DNA from: Chitinophagales bacterium
GTDB lineage: Bacteria; Bacteroidota; Bacteroidia; Chitinophagales; UBA8649
NCBI GenBank assembly: GCA_049610685.1
Contig: JBMYZU010000011.1
Span: forward strand, 7,353-71,352
Direction of reading: 5' to 3'
Length of the DNA: 64,000 nucleotides
Part shown: piece after piece, positions 10,808 to 20,100 of the stretch
Layout of the letters: every line of letters starts with the position of its first letter
Numbering within the stretch: position 1 is the first letter of the stretch
Notes under the pieces: model-generated
Database searches by the model: none
What the model was told of the DNA's origin: nothing
Seen by the model: only the letters and a program-made list of their open reading frames with translations
Position numbers and translations under genes: made by a program

Positions 10808-11853
10808 TCCTTCAACAATCATACTTTACTGCATGGGAAAGTCCCTCTAACATTGCTCTCGTCAAGTATTGGGGAAAGTTTGGAAGACAATATCCGAGCA
10901 ATCCATCGATTAGCTTTACACTATCTGAGGCTAAGAGTAGTCTATCTATGAAGGTTAGTCCTGCAGACAGCTTATCCTGTCGCCTAGAATTTCATGGACA
11001 ACGGGAAACTGCCTTCGAAGAGCGTATTTTTGGCTTTCTCAACAGCATAAAGGACGATTATCCTTGGCTCGAGCACGCCTCCATCGACATGCGTTCCACC
11101 AACAGCTTCCCGCACTCTGCAGGAATTGCCTCTTCCGCATCAGCTATGTCCGCCTTAGCCTTATGCTTGGTTGATATCGATCAACAGATTCAACATCAAC
11201 GTTGGGAGGACAGTGATGATTTCCGACAACGATCAAGCGAAGTGGCTCGATTGGCCTCTGGAAGTGCTTCACGCTCGGTGTATCCGTTTCTTGCACGATG
11301 GGGAGTATCGACGATTACCCATAAGGGATCTAATGACTACGCCGAATATGCTGGCAATGACATCCACCCAATATTCAGTGACTATAAAAACTCCATCCTT
11401 ATACTTTCCAGTGCTACCAAGTCCGTATCCAGTAGTGCAGGTCATAAATTGATGGAAGGCAACCGCTTTGCTGATGTGCGATTTAAGCAAGCGAATGAGA
11501 ACCTTGAGCAATTACTCCTTGCGATGACAACAGGTGATATGGCAGAGTTTATTCGAATTGTAGAGGAAGAAGCCCTAACTCTACATGCCCTCATGATGAC
11601 TTCCAATCCTTCGTATATCCTTATGGAGCCACAGACCATTGAAGCAATTCGTGCGATTCGAGCTTTCCGTGAAGAAAAGGATGTCCCCGTGTGCTTCACC
11701 TTAGATGCAGGACCGAATATCCATATGCTCTACCCTGCTTCCTACGCTAGTCAAGTAGAGCCTTGGAGAGATGCTGTACTCCGTCCGTTGTGTGAAGGAG
11801 GCCGAATCATCGAAGACCATGTTGGACAAGGGCCAAAGCGGATTCCGTTTTAA
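10804..11853 (+). CDS. mvaD: Diphosphomevalonate decarboxylase
   Basis: SNIALVKYWGK, AGIASSAS, SGSASRS and FTLDAGPN motifs. Confidence 0.93.
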   Translation: MILQQSYFTAWESPSNIALVKYWGKFGRQYPSNPSISFTLSEAKSSLSMKVSPADSLSCRLEFHGQRETAFEERIFGFLNSIKDDYPWLEHASIDMRSTNSFPHSAGIASSASAMSALALCLVDIDQQIQHQRWEDSDDFRQRSSEVARLASGSASRSVYPFLARWGVSTITHKGSNDYAEYAGNDIHPIFSDYKNSILILSSATKSVSSSAGHKLMEGNRFADVRFKQANENLEQLLLAMTTGDMAEFIRIVEEEALTLHALMMTSNPSYILMEPQTIEAIRAIRAFREEKDVPVCFTLDAGPNIHMLYPASYASQVEPWRDAVLRPLCEGGRIIEDHVGQGPKRIPF

Positions 11854-11862
11854 GAGATTGTG

Positions 11863-12741
11863 ATGAATCGGTTTCCTGGTAAGATTTTGTTGTTTGGTGA
11901 ATACTTGGTTTTGGATAACCATATGGGACTAGCGAGCCCCCTTACCTCTACCTTTTGTTCGTTACATGAGCATTCAGCCCAGGCGAACAGCATGCTAGAG
12001 GATATATCCATCCCCGATCTCATGAAGGATTGGATTGCCTATTGTGTAAGTCATGGACTAGATTTTATCGATCTCAAACGATGGGAAAATGATTCAGAAA
12101 ATAGGTTAGCCATTGATTCAAACATTCCCATTGGATATGGTCTGGGAAGTTCTGGAGCCGTAACCGCTTGCATTTATGATCGATATGTCGAAAAATCTAC
12201 AGACCTAAAGGAGATACGAACACGCCTTGCGCAAATGGAAAGTTTCTTTCATGGAAAAAGCTCGGGTATTGACCCTTTGGTTTCTTATTCGCAACAAAGT
12301 TGGCTTTTCCAAGGTAGTGCCCTGCATGGCATCGATGAAGACAAGATTAGAACATTTACTGAGCAATGCGTCTTAGTCGACAGTGGTATTGCACGAAACA
12401 CAAAATCGCTTGTAGAACGTTTTCAAGTGGAGCGAAAAAAAATGAAAGGCTGGGAGGAAATGGTTGATTTGTCCAATACGCTGGCACAATCCTTTAGCCT
12501 ACAACATAGCAATCCACTTAATATCCCGGAATCCATGCATCGACTTAGCATGGTCCAACGTCAAGACATGTCTTGGCTGATTCCTGCCTCTATTCAAGGT
12601 CTTTGGGATGAGGTTTTAGCCAAAGGAAATGCCATGAAGCTCTGTGGCGCAGGTGGTGGTGGATATTTTTTGCTCCATGACCCAGCACAAGAAAACATTG
12701 ATTTGGTGAATAAATATGGTCTGACAGCAAGGAAGCTGTAA
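11863..12741 (+). CDS. mvk: Mevalonate kinase
   Basis: PGKILLFGEY, PIGYGLGSSGA, HGKSSGIDP and KLCGAGGGG motifs. Alternative GTG start at 11860. Confidence 0.88.
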   Translation: MNRFPGKILLFGEYLVLDNHMGLASPLTSTFCSLHEHSAQANSMLEDISIPDLMKDWIAYCVSHGLDFIDLKRWENDSENRLAIDSNIPIGYGLGSSGAVTACIYDRYVEKSTDLKEIRTRLAQMESFFHGKSSGIDPLVSYSQQSWLFQGSALHGIDEDKIRTFTEQCVLVDSGIARNTKSLVERFQVERKKMKGWEEMVDLSNTLAQSFSLQHSNPLNIPESMHRLSMVQRQDMSWLIPASIQGLWDEVLAKGNAMKLCGAGGGGYFLLHDPAQENIDLVNKYGLTARKL

Positions 12742-12758
12742 ACAGATGAGTTTACTAT

Positions 12759-14555
12759 CTATTCCACATCCATTACGAAAGGCATCATCATATAGATGTT
12801 CTTTTGAGGAATATCTCGATGAATTATAAATGGCAAACTGCTCGAGATGTAATCTCCTATAGACTCCACAAGCTTTACCTCATCCTCTAATTCTTGAGAA
12901 TTCACAAGCAAACTCAATCCATCGATTTCTCTACTTGGATAAGCTTTTAGCGCTATATCCTTATCCTGCTCAGCCTCCTCTATACAACGGCCTAATGCCT
13001 TGTCCAATCCACCGATCTCATCAATCAGTCCGATAGAAAGTGCTTGATTCCCTGTATATACTCGACCTTGAGCAATCTCACGCACACGATCAATGGCCAA
13101 GGATCGACCATCAGAAACCCTATTTAAAAACAAATCATAGGTAGAGTTAACCCCATCTTGTATCACTTTGCGTTCGTAGTCTGAAAAGGGTTGTGTCACC
13201 CCATTCATGGTTGCATGATTATGCAATAGAATGGTATCGGAATAAACTCCTAAAAATTCTTCGAGCGGAGCTGTCACGTTAGGAATAATGCCAAAAACAC
13301 CTATTGAACCGGTTATTGCATTGGATTCTGAATAAATGTAATCACCGCCGCATGCCATATAATACCCTCCTGAAGCAGCAACGTCCCCAATGGAGATAAT
13401 AAGCGGTTTGACTTCAGACAAGGCGTTGATTTCCTGCCACATTACTTCACTGGCTAGCGCACTGCCTCCTCCACTGTTGATTCGTAAGACGACTCCTTTT
13501 ACTTGATCATCTTTCCTTAAGTCATGAAAAATCTCTGCAAACTTATCTCCGCCAATTTCATCACGGCTACCCTTGCCATCAACAATTGAACCCTGAGCAT
13601 ATACGATAGCTATATGATCTTCCTCTTCAATATCCACTGCAGATATAACCTCGCTATAATATTGACCTAAGCTAACTTCCTGCAAGCCATCTTCGTCACT
13701 CCCTGTGTTCGATAGGATATACTCTTCAAAAGCAAATTTTGGCTCAACGGTATCGATAAGAGATGCTGTCAGGAGTGCTCTCGGATTGCGAAGACTTAGC
13801 GTGTTAAAAGAGTTATCTAACGAACTTAACTCAATTCCTCGAGAAGCTGCAACATCTGCTGCATAGACTCCATACATCCCTCTCAAGATCTCTCGATATT
13901 GTGCCTTATTTTCTGGGCTCGATTGGTTTTGTACAAAGGGTTCTACCGCACTCTTAAACGCATTATCATCCGGTCGAAAAACCTGAATATCCATTTTGAG
14001 TTTTGATTGCAACAGCTCACCAAAATAGGTCAATTCAGCACCAAAGCCACGCATTAAAACATAGCCTTCAGCATTCATAGAAAATCGATCAGCAACAGAA
14101 GCCAAATAATATCCACGTTGGGTAACTACGTCACCGTAAGCAAACACAGGTTTGTCTTTCTCTTGAAAACGCTCCAATGCCTGACGAACCTCACGAATTG
14201 AAGCATATCCGTTAGGACAATCTCCAACGCGCAGTATAATTCCTGCAATACGTTCATCATCACTAGCCGAATCAATAAGACGTAGCATATCATGTAATCC
14301 CACATTGGCCTCTGCATCAAAAACTTCTCCTAAACTCCCTGATATGGCCGTATTTTCTGACCACTCCTTGGTCATATCAATGACTAGATAACTATCCTCT
14401 TCTACAAGGCTTTCGTCACCACAAGTGCGAAGCATAAGTACGAAGACGATCAAAAAAACAATGAAGAGAACGGATAACAGACGTGAAAGCATGTTCCCAA
14501 TCATTACGGTGCCTACCGAAGCCCAAAATCCTCTGGATTTACCTTGTATTGACAT
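12759..14555 (-). CDS. sppA: Signal peptide peptidase SppA (protease IV, 67K type)
   Basis: Two S49 domains; LRINSGGGSA, AASGGYY and TGSIGVFG motifs. Confidence 0.93.
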   Translation of the reverse strand: MSIQGKSRGFWASVGTVMIGNMLSRLLSVLFIVFLIVFVLMLRTCGDESLVEEDSYLVIDMTKEWSENTAISGSLGEVFDAEANVGLHDMLRLIDSASDDERIAGIILRVGDCPNGYASIREVRQALERFQEKDKPVFAYGDVVTQRGYYLASVADRFSMNAEGYVLMRGFGAELTYFGELLQSKLKMDIQVFRPDDNAFKSAVEPFVQNQSSPENKAQYREILRGMYGVYAADVAASRGIELSSLDNSFNTLSLRNPRALLTASLIDTVEPKFAFEEYILSNTGSDEDGLQEVSLGQYYSEVISAVDIEEEDHIAIVYAQGSIVDGKGSRDEIGGDKFAEIFHDLRKDDQVKGVVLRINSGGGSALASEVMWQEINALSEVKPLIISIGDVAASGGYYMACGGDYIYSESNAITGSIGVFGIIPNVTAPLEEFLGVYSDTILLHNHATMNGVTQPFSDYERKVIQDGVNSTYDLFLNRVSDGRSLAIDRVREIAQGRVYTGNQALSIGLIDEIGGLDKALGRCIEEAEQDKDIALKAYPSREIDGLSLLVNSQELEDEVKLVESIGDYISSSLPFIIHRDIPQKNIYMMMPFVMDVE

Positions 14556-14560
14556 AACAC

Positions 14561-14568
14561 TATCTTTG
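14561..14568 (+). promoter_or_regulatory. Bacteroidota -7 promoter element TATCTTTG for folK (4 nt before ATG)
   Basis: Exact TAnnTTTG match in the 17-bp divergent sppA/folK gap. Confidence 0.65.
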
Positions 14569-14572
14569 GTTT

Positions 14573-15055
14573 ATGCAACAAGATACAGGGATAAAATCTT
14601 TTCTATTAGTTGGATCAAATCTCGGCAATCCTCTTGCACAAATCGATCGTGGCTACGACTTAGTTAATGAAGAGTGCGGCCGGATAATTCATCGAACTGC
14701 ATGCCATAAAACAGAACCTTGGGGTTATCACGATCAACCTGTCTTTTACAACGAGATATGGACGCTAGAAACCGACCTAAAGCCATTAAAACTCTTAGAA
14801 AAGCTGAAGAATATTGAAGTACTATGCGGCAGAAAACCAAGATCTAAGTGGTATGCACGAGAACTTGACATTGACATTCTTTTTTATGGTCAAGAGATTA
14901 TTCAGCTTACCAACCTAACGATACCGCATCCATGGCACCATAAAAGACTGTTTAGTCTGAAACTTATGCAGGAGGCGGCACCAAACTTTAGACATCCAAT
15001 CTTTGAAAAGACCTCTAAAATTCTGATTGAATCCCTGCCAAAAATCGTACATTGA
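14573..15055 (+). CDS. folK: 2-amino-4-hydroxy-6-hydroxymethyldihydropteridine diphosphokinase
   Basis: GSNLG, TEPWG, RELDIDIL and LTIPHP motifs. Confidence 0.93.
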   Translation: MQQDTGIKSFLLVGSNLGNPLAQIDRGYDLVNEECGRIIHRTACHKTEPWGYHDQPVFYNEIWTLETDLKPLKLLEKLKNIEVLCGRKPRSKWYARELDIDILFYGQEIIQLTNLTIPHPWHHKRLFSLKLMQEAAPNFRHPIFEKTSKILIESLPKIVH

Positions 15056-15072
15056 TAGCATAACAAAAGATT

Positions 15073-16635
15073 ATGAGACACCTCACCATCTTATTTATAA
15101 TAGCGTTGCTTGCTCATCCTACCCTCTTTGCACAATCCGAAGAGCTATCCAACAATAGAGGCCCTGACTACAGTCGGAACACAATCCAACGCAGTGATTT
15201 AAATCCTGTAAATCCCTATCGAACGTGGAATGTATCGCTAGGATTTGGTCTAGCCCATCCTGGAACGGATGTTCGTTATCGAAACATCTTTGGCAGTCGG
15301 CTGCCGAAAAATGAAAATCAATACAGCCTTTCACTCCGTGCGACCAAAATGTTCTCTGCGGGTTTTGGACTTCGAGCAGAGCTAAAACACAGCCGAGTGC
15401 AAGGAGTAATTGACTCCCTTGTCCAGCGCAATCGAAATCTTAATGACATTCTAGCTAGTGGATTAGGTGATGGATATTATTTTACAAGCCCTGTAACCCA
15501 AGCCGGCATTCATGTCTATTGGAATATCAGCAACAGTGCATTTAGCATGAATAGACACTTGAATGCTAAGTCTGCAGGACAAACCATGCGGGACAGAAGA
15601 TTCAGCTTTTATCTTTTTAGCGGACTAGCCATGGCATGGTATACACCGAGTTTTTATGACTTAGACGACAATCCGGTTTCCAATCTAAAAAGTACCCCAC
15701 TCCAGCTTGAGGCAACCTCACAAGTTGTCTTACCAGTGGGCTTTGGGACAAAGTTTAAGCTTTCAAAAATGCTAGACCTTGGCTTTGAATATGGAATAAA
15801 CTATCTCATGGGAGACAATTTAGATGGTTTTGTCTATGACTTTCCCGGACAAAAACGCAATGACCACTACAGCAATTTAGATATCAATCTAACTGTAAAG
15901 CTTGGCAAAAAAGGAAGTGCTAAGGAGCATATGGAATGGATTCAACCCATACAAACAGTAATTGATGATATTGAAGCCCTTAACCAAGACATGAAACGAT
16001 TAAAGTCGGATGTAGATGGCGATGGCGTATCCGATTATTTTGACCGCGACTTAGAAACTGCTGAAGGAAGTCCTATTAATCCTGACGGCACACTTCGAGA
16101 TTCGGATAATGATGGTATTCCGGATGATGCGGATCTTGAGCCGTTTAGCGACTATCAAGTGGAGGTCGATGAGTTCGGCCGAGCGCTGGACGACGATAAA
16201 GACGGTGTCCCCAACCATAAGGACTTAGCCAGTAATACTCCTGAAGGAAGTGTGGTTAATTTCCAAGGCATACCAATTCAAACGGATGGTGAATCGAACA
16301 TAGGTATAGGAAATCGCTTACCTTCAATTTACTTTGAGTTTAATGCAAGTGATATTCTCACCACATACCACGACGAGTTATTGACCATTGCCATGACCAT
16401 CAAAGACTTTCCTGATGTAGCATGGGAAGTAAGAGGTTTCTGCGATGCAACAGGAAATGCTCTAATCAATGACAAACTTGCTTCGCAACGAATCCAATCG
16501 GTTATCAACCACCTACATGACAACTATCAAATTGACAAGTCTACCTTTCAGCCCATCATTGTTGGCAACAAAGAACTTATCTCTCCCTATAACTCAATAA
16601 ATCGTCGAGTTGATCTTGTGCCGGTAGATAAATAA
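15073..16635 (+). CDS. OmpA-family outer membrane protein with TSP3-like DxDxDG repeats
   Basis: Signal peptide, beta-strand N-terminal domain, DVDGDGVSD/DSDNDGIPD/DDDKDGVPN repeats, and OmpA C-domain (IYFEFN..GFCD..QR..NRRV). Confidence 0.88.
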   Translation: MRHLTILFIIALLAHPTLFAQSEELSNNRGPDYSRNTIQRSDLNPVNPYRTWNVSLGFGLAHPGTDVRYRNIFGSRLPKNENQYSLSLRATKMFSAGFGLRAELKHSRVQGVIDSLVQRNRNLNDILASGLGDGYYFTSPVTQAGIHVYWNISNSAFSMNRHLNAKSAGQTMRDRRFSFYLFSGLAMAWYTPSFYDLDDNPVSNLKSTPLQLEATSQVVLPVGFGTKFKLSKMLDLGFEYGINYLMGDNLDGFVYDFPGQKRNDHYSNLDINLTVKLGKKGSAKEHMEWIQPIQTVIDDIEALNQDMKRLKSDVDGDGVSDYFDRDLETAEGSPINPDGTLRDSDNDGIPDDADLEPFSDYQVEVDEFGRALDDDKDGVPNHKDLASNTPEGSVVNFQGIPIQTDGESNIGIGNRLPSIYFEFNASDILTTYHDELLTIAMTIKDFPDVAWEVRGFCDATGNALINDKLASQRIQSVINHLHDNYQIDKSTFQPIIVGNKELISPYNSINRRVDLVPVDK

Positions 16636-16659
16636 ATATCATTTACTACAACCCGTTTT

Positions 16660-19512
16660 ATGAAAAAGCTATTACTACTTTTTGCAATTCCCGTAAGTCT
16701 ATACAGTCAAAACATCGGGATAAATACACAAAATCCCGATGCATCGGCTGCCCTAGAGATTCAATCGACGGATGCTGGAATCTTAATTCCGCGCATGTCA
16801 GAAGCTCAGCGAAACCTAATTGCTTCTCCAGCGACTGGCCTCTTAGTATACCAAACCGATGGAGCTTCAGGGTTCTATTTTTTTGATGGAAGCGCTTGGA
16901 CATCGCTTTCAGGAAATACAACCTCTACCAACACGGGACTTGAGCAAGTTACCGAAGGAGGCAAAACTGGCTATCGTTTAGTAGGAAGGGATACTGCGAA
17001 CTACGGAAACATAGGATCTGAAGCGATAGACTTTAGTTATTCGGCGTCGCCATCAACCGCTGTAGGTGCTATGGGAGACTACAGCATTGCGCTTGGAGTA
17101 GGAGCTTCTGCTTCGGGAAGTCACAGCGCAAGTATTGGTTATGGGGCTACAGCCAATGATTATAGCTATGCTTTAGGATATGGAACTGATGCTACAGGTG
17201 ATGACGCCTATGCAATTGGGGAATATGCCTACGCCACAGGGGATTACAGCTATGTTTTTGGCTACGATGCAGAGGCTAATTCTAATAATGCACATGCCTT
17301 TGGCTATGAAGCCTATGCTGGAAATGAAGAAGCATACGCCTTTGGTACAAGTGCAGAAGCCTCAGGGGAACAGAGTTATGCCTTTGGTGAAGATGCAGAG
17401 GCCTCTGGAAAAGATGCCTATGCTTTTGGGGATGGTGCATCAGCAGACTCAGCCTATTCCTATGCCTTTGGATACGGGGCACAAACAACAGGCGGAGATG
17501 CCTATGCCTTCGGTGATGATGCAGAGGCCTCAGGATCTGATGCCTATGCCTTCGGAAATGATGCGATAGCTTCAGCAGAAGATGCATATGCCTTTGGAGA
17601 AGATGCAGTGGCCTCTGCAAAGGATGCCTACGCATTTGGAGATATGGCTCAAGCAAGTGGAGAATATAGTTATGCTTTCGGGAACGATGCGATGGCTTCA
17701 GGATTTAAATCAACAGCCATTGGAGACTCTGCATTGGCCAATGGCACAGGAGCCTATGCTATCGGCTATGAAGCTACAGCAAGTGGGGATTACTCTTTAT
17801 CTATGGGAAATCTAGCAATTGCAGCTGGTAATTACAGCACCGCTATGGGATATTCTACGATTACTTCTGATTTCGCTAGCACTTCCATGGGATATCAAAC
17901 AATTGCATCCGGAGCTCGAAGTACCGCTATGGGATGGGCTACAACTGCATCTGGAGATCAAAGCACGGCTACTGGATATCAAACAATTGCATCTGGAGAC
18001 CAAAGCACGGCTACTGGAAATTCTACAATTGCCGCTGGGGTTAACAGTACTGCTATGGGAGTTTATACTGATGCCTCAGGAGATAACAGTACTGCTATGG
18101 GAGACTCCACAATTGCTGCAGGATATAGAAGTACCGCTATGGGACGGAAAACGCGGGCTGTTGGCAGTAACAGTACTACTTTAGGAAACTCTACAGACGC
18201 TTACGGCCAAAACAGCACTGCTATGGGAAATCAAACAAATGCCAATGGTGATAACAGCACTGCTATGGGAAATTCTACAATTGCCGGTGGTGATAACAGC
18301 ACTGCTATGGGAAACTCTACAGATGCTTCTGGTCAGAATAGCACCACTATGGGAGTTTATACTGATGCCTCCGGAGATAACAGTACTGCTATAGGAGACT
18401 CAACAATTGCCGCAGGATATGGAAGTACCGCTATGGGAAGACATACACGGGCTGTTGGTAGTAATAGCATTGCTATGGGAAATCAAACAGATGCCTATGG
18501 TGATAACAGCACGGCTATGGGAAACTCTACAGATGCTTCTGGTCAGAGTAGCACGGCTATGGGATATTCTACAAATGCTTCTGGTCAGAATAGCACTGCC
18601 ATGGGATATTCTACAAATGCTTCTGGTCAGAATAGCACCACTATGGGATATCAGACAATTGCACGCGATTTTGCGAGTACCGCTATGGGAAACTCTACAG
18701 ACGCTTACGGTCAGAATAGCACCACTATGGGATTTCAAACAATTGCCTTTGGTAGTAGCAGCACTGCTATGGGATATCAGACAATTGCACACGATTTTGC
18801 GAGTACCGCTATGGGAAACTCTACAGACGCTTACGGCCAGAACAGCACTGCTATGGGAGATCAAACAGATGCCTATGGTGATAACAGCACTGCTATGGGA
18901 GAAAACACATCTTCTGAATCTGTCAATGAAGTAGTTATAGGTCGTTACAATTCTGATTATCTTCCCATGGGAGGCAACTCAATTTGGGATTATGCGGATA
19001 GGCTATTTGTAATCGGGAATGGTTCCCAATTTGCAAAAAGCGATGCAATGATTGTCTACAAGAGCGGAAATACCACCATCAATGGAGCACTTACATTAAG
19101 CGATGGTGCTAATTCAATTACCTTGCCGAATTCTGACGGAACAAGTGGTCAGGTATTAACTACAGATGGCTCAGGAAATGTTTCGTTCCAAAATGCCCCT
19201 TCATTTTTTAACAATATGCAAGGGGGAACAGCAGCTGTTGGTTCTTCAGGAGGTGCGAACTTTAAAGAAGTTACGATTACCTTCCCTACCCCATTTTCTA
19301 CCACGCCAACCATTGTTGGGACGGTGGTATACAATAATTTAGGGATTGGTGATATGTTCATCGCAACCTTGAAAGGTTATAACAACGCGCAATGTGTTTT
19401 TCGCATCGAACGTATTGACAACGCCTATGTTAATGGCGCAGGATCTGGAAATCCACTGCAATCCACTTCATGGGGAGCTGACTTAAAGCTCAACTGGATG
19501 GCCTTTGAATAG
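16660..19512 (+). CDS. Adhesin/tail-fibre-like exported protein with YadA-head-like 14-aa repeats and C-terminal H-type-lectin-like domain
   Basis: Signal peptide, then NIGINTQNP..LIPRM..GLLVYQTD domain, about 40 repeats (AxAxGxxAYAFG / TxASGxxSTAMG), GTSGQVLTTDGSG linker and ITFPTPFSTTP...LNWMAFE tip. Confidence 0.8.
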   Translation: MKKLLLLFAIPVSLYSQNIGINTQNPDASAALEIQSTDAGILIPRMSEAQRNLIASPATGLLVYQTDGASGFYFFDGSAWTSLSGNTTSTNTGLEQVTEGGKTGYRLVGRDTANYGNIGSEAIDFSYSASPSTAVGAMGDYSIALGVGASASGSHSASIGYGATANDYSYALGYGTDATGDDAYAIGEYAYATGDYSYVFGYDAEANSNNAHAFGYEAYAGNEEAYAFGTSAEASGEQSYAFGEDAEASGKDAYAFGDGASADSAYSYAFGYGAQTTGGDAYAFGDDAEASGSDAYAFGNDAIASAEDAYAFGEDAVASAKDAYAFGDMAQASGEYSYAFGNDAMASGFKSTAIGDSALANGTGAYAIGYEATASGDYSLSMGNLAIAAGNYSTAMGYSTITSDFASTSMGYQTIASGARSTAMGWATTASGDQSTATGYQTIASGDQSTATGNSTIAAGVNSTAMGVYTDASGDNSTAMGDSTIAAGYRSTAMGRKTRAVGSNSTTLGNSTDAYGQNSTAMGNQTNANGDNSTAMGNSTIAGGDNSTAMGNSTDASGQNSTTMGVYTDASGDNSTAIGDSTIAAGYGSTAMGRHTRAVGSNSIAMGNQTDAYGDNSTAMGNSTDASGQSSTAMGYSTNASGQNSTAMGYSTNASGQNSTTMGYQTIARDFASTAMGNSTDAYGQNSTTMGFQTIAFGSSSTAMGYQTIAHDFASTAMGNSTDAYGQNSTAMGDQTDAYGDNSTAMGENTSSESVNEVVIGRYNSDYLPMGGNSIWDYADRLFVIGNGSQFAKSDAMIVYKSGNTTINGALTLSDGANSITLPNSDGTSGQVLTTDGSGNVSFQNAPSFFNNMQGGTAAVGSSGGANFKEVTITFPTPFSTTPTIVGTVVYNNLGIGDMFIATLKGYNNAQCVFRIERIDNAYVNGAGSGNPLQSTSWGADLKLNWMAFE
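17065..18900 (+). repeat. 42-bp-period coding tandem repeat array
   Basis: Near-identical blocks at offsets 42 (18559/18601), 126 (18643/18769) and 294 (18061/18355). Confidence 0.9.
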
Positions 19513-19526
19513 AATATAAAGAGCTT

Positions 19527-20048
19527 TTAAGCAGACCGTAAATGCCATAAGGCAATACCTGCAGAGACGCTGACATTTAAACTATGCTTGATTCCGTATT
19601 GAGGAATTTCCAAGGCATAGTCACATAGTGCAAGTAACTCAGGATGTATGCCATCAACTTCGTTACCGACGATGAGCACGGATTGGTCAGGGGCCTTAAA
19701 ATCATAAAGATTAACGGACTGGTGGCATTGTTCAAGAGCAAGAATGGTAAATCCCGCTTGTTTTAGGGTCTTTAGCGCATCGATAACATCATCTTGGCTT
19801 AGATATTCCCAAGAAACCTCTTGTTCTGCACCTATGGCAGACTTTCGAATCTCCTTATGGGGGGGCTTAGGACATATACCCGAGAGATAGACTTTTTCAA
19901 TAGCCAAGGCGTCTGACGTTCGGAAAATTGCCCCTACATTATGCCCACTTCGGACATTATCCAACAATACCCTAATCGAGCGCTCTGCACGTGGTCTCGC
20001 CTTGTGTTCCACGGCTAATTCTTGAATTGTCTTTTTACTTATGTTCAT
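19527..20048 (-). CDS. TrmH/SpoU family RNA methyltransferase
   Basis: LDNVRSGHNVGAIFRT, GNEVDG and HSLNVSVSAG motifs. Confidence 0.92.
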   Translation of the reverse strand: MNISKKTIQELAVEHKARPRAERSIRVLLDNVRSGHNVGAIFRTSDALAIEKVYLSGICPKPPHKEIRKSAIGAEQEVSWEYLSQDDVIDALKTLKQAGFTILALEQCHQSVNLYDFKAPDQSVLIVGNEVDGIHPELLALCDYALEIPQYGIKHSLNVSVSAGIALWHLRSA

Positions 20049-20100
20049 ATAACCCCTTTAAGCTATTGAAAACACGTGATGTGAAGCGTACATTTATACT

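Noticed and set aside
18100..18440. Ice-nucleation protein motif (AGYGST)
   Set aside because: Occurs once exactly; the period is 14 aa (YadA-head-like), not the 16-aa INP repeat.
17065..18900. CRISPR-like periodic repeats
   Set aside because: In-frame 42-bp coding repeats of one ORF; no unique spacers and no cas genes.
17180..18934. Alternative-frame and antisense ORFs within the adhesin gene
   Set aside because: Shadow ORFs caused by repeat periodicity.
19200..19512. DGR variable region in the lectin-like tip
   Set aside because: No template repeat and no reverse transcriptase in the window.
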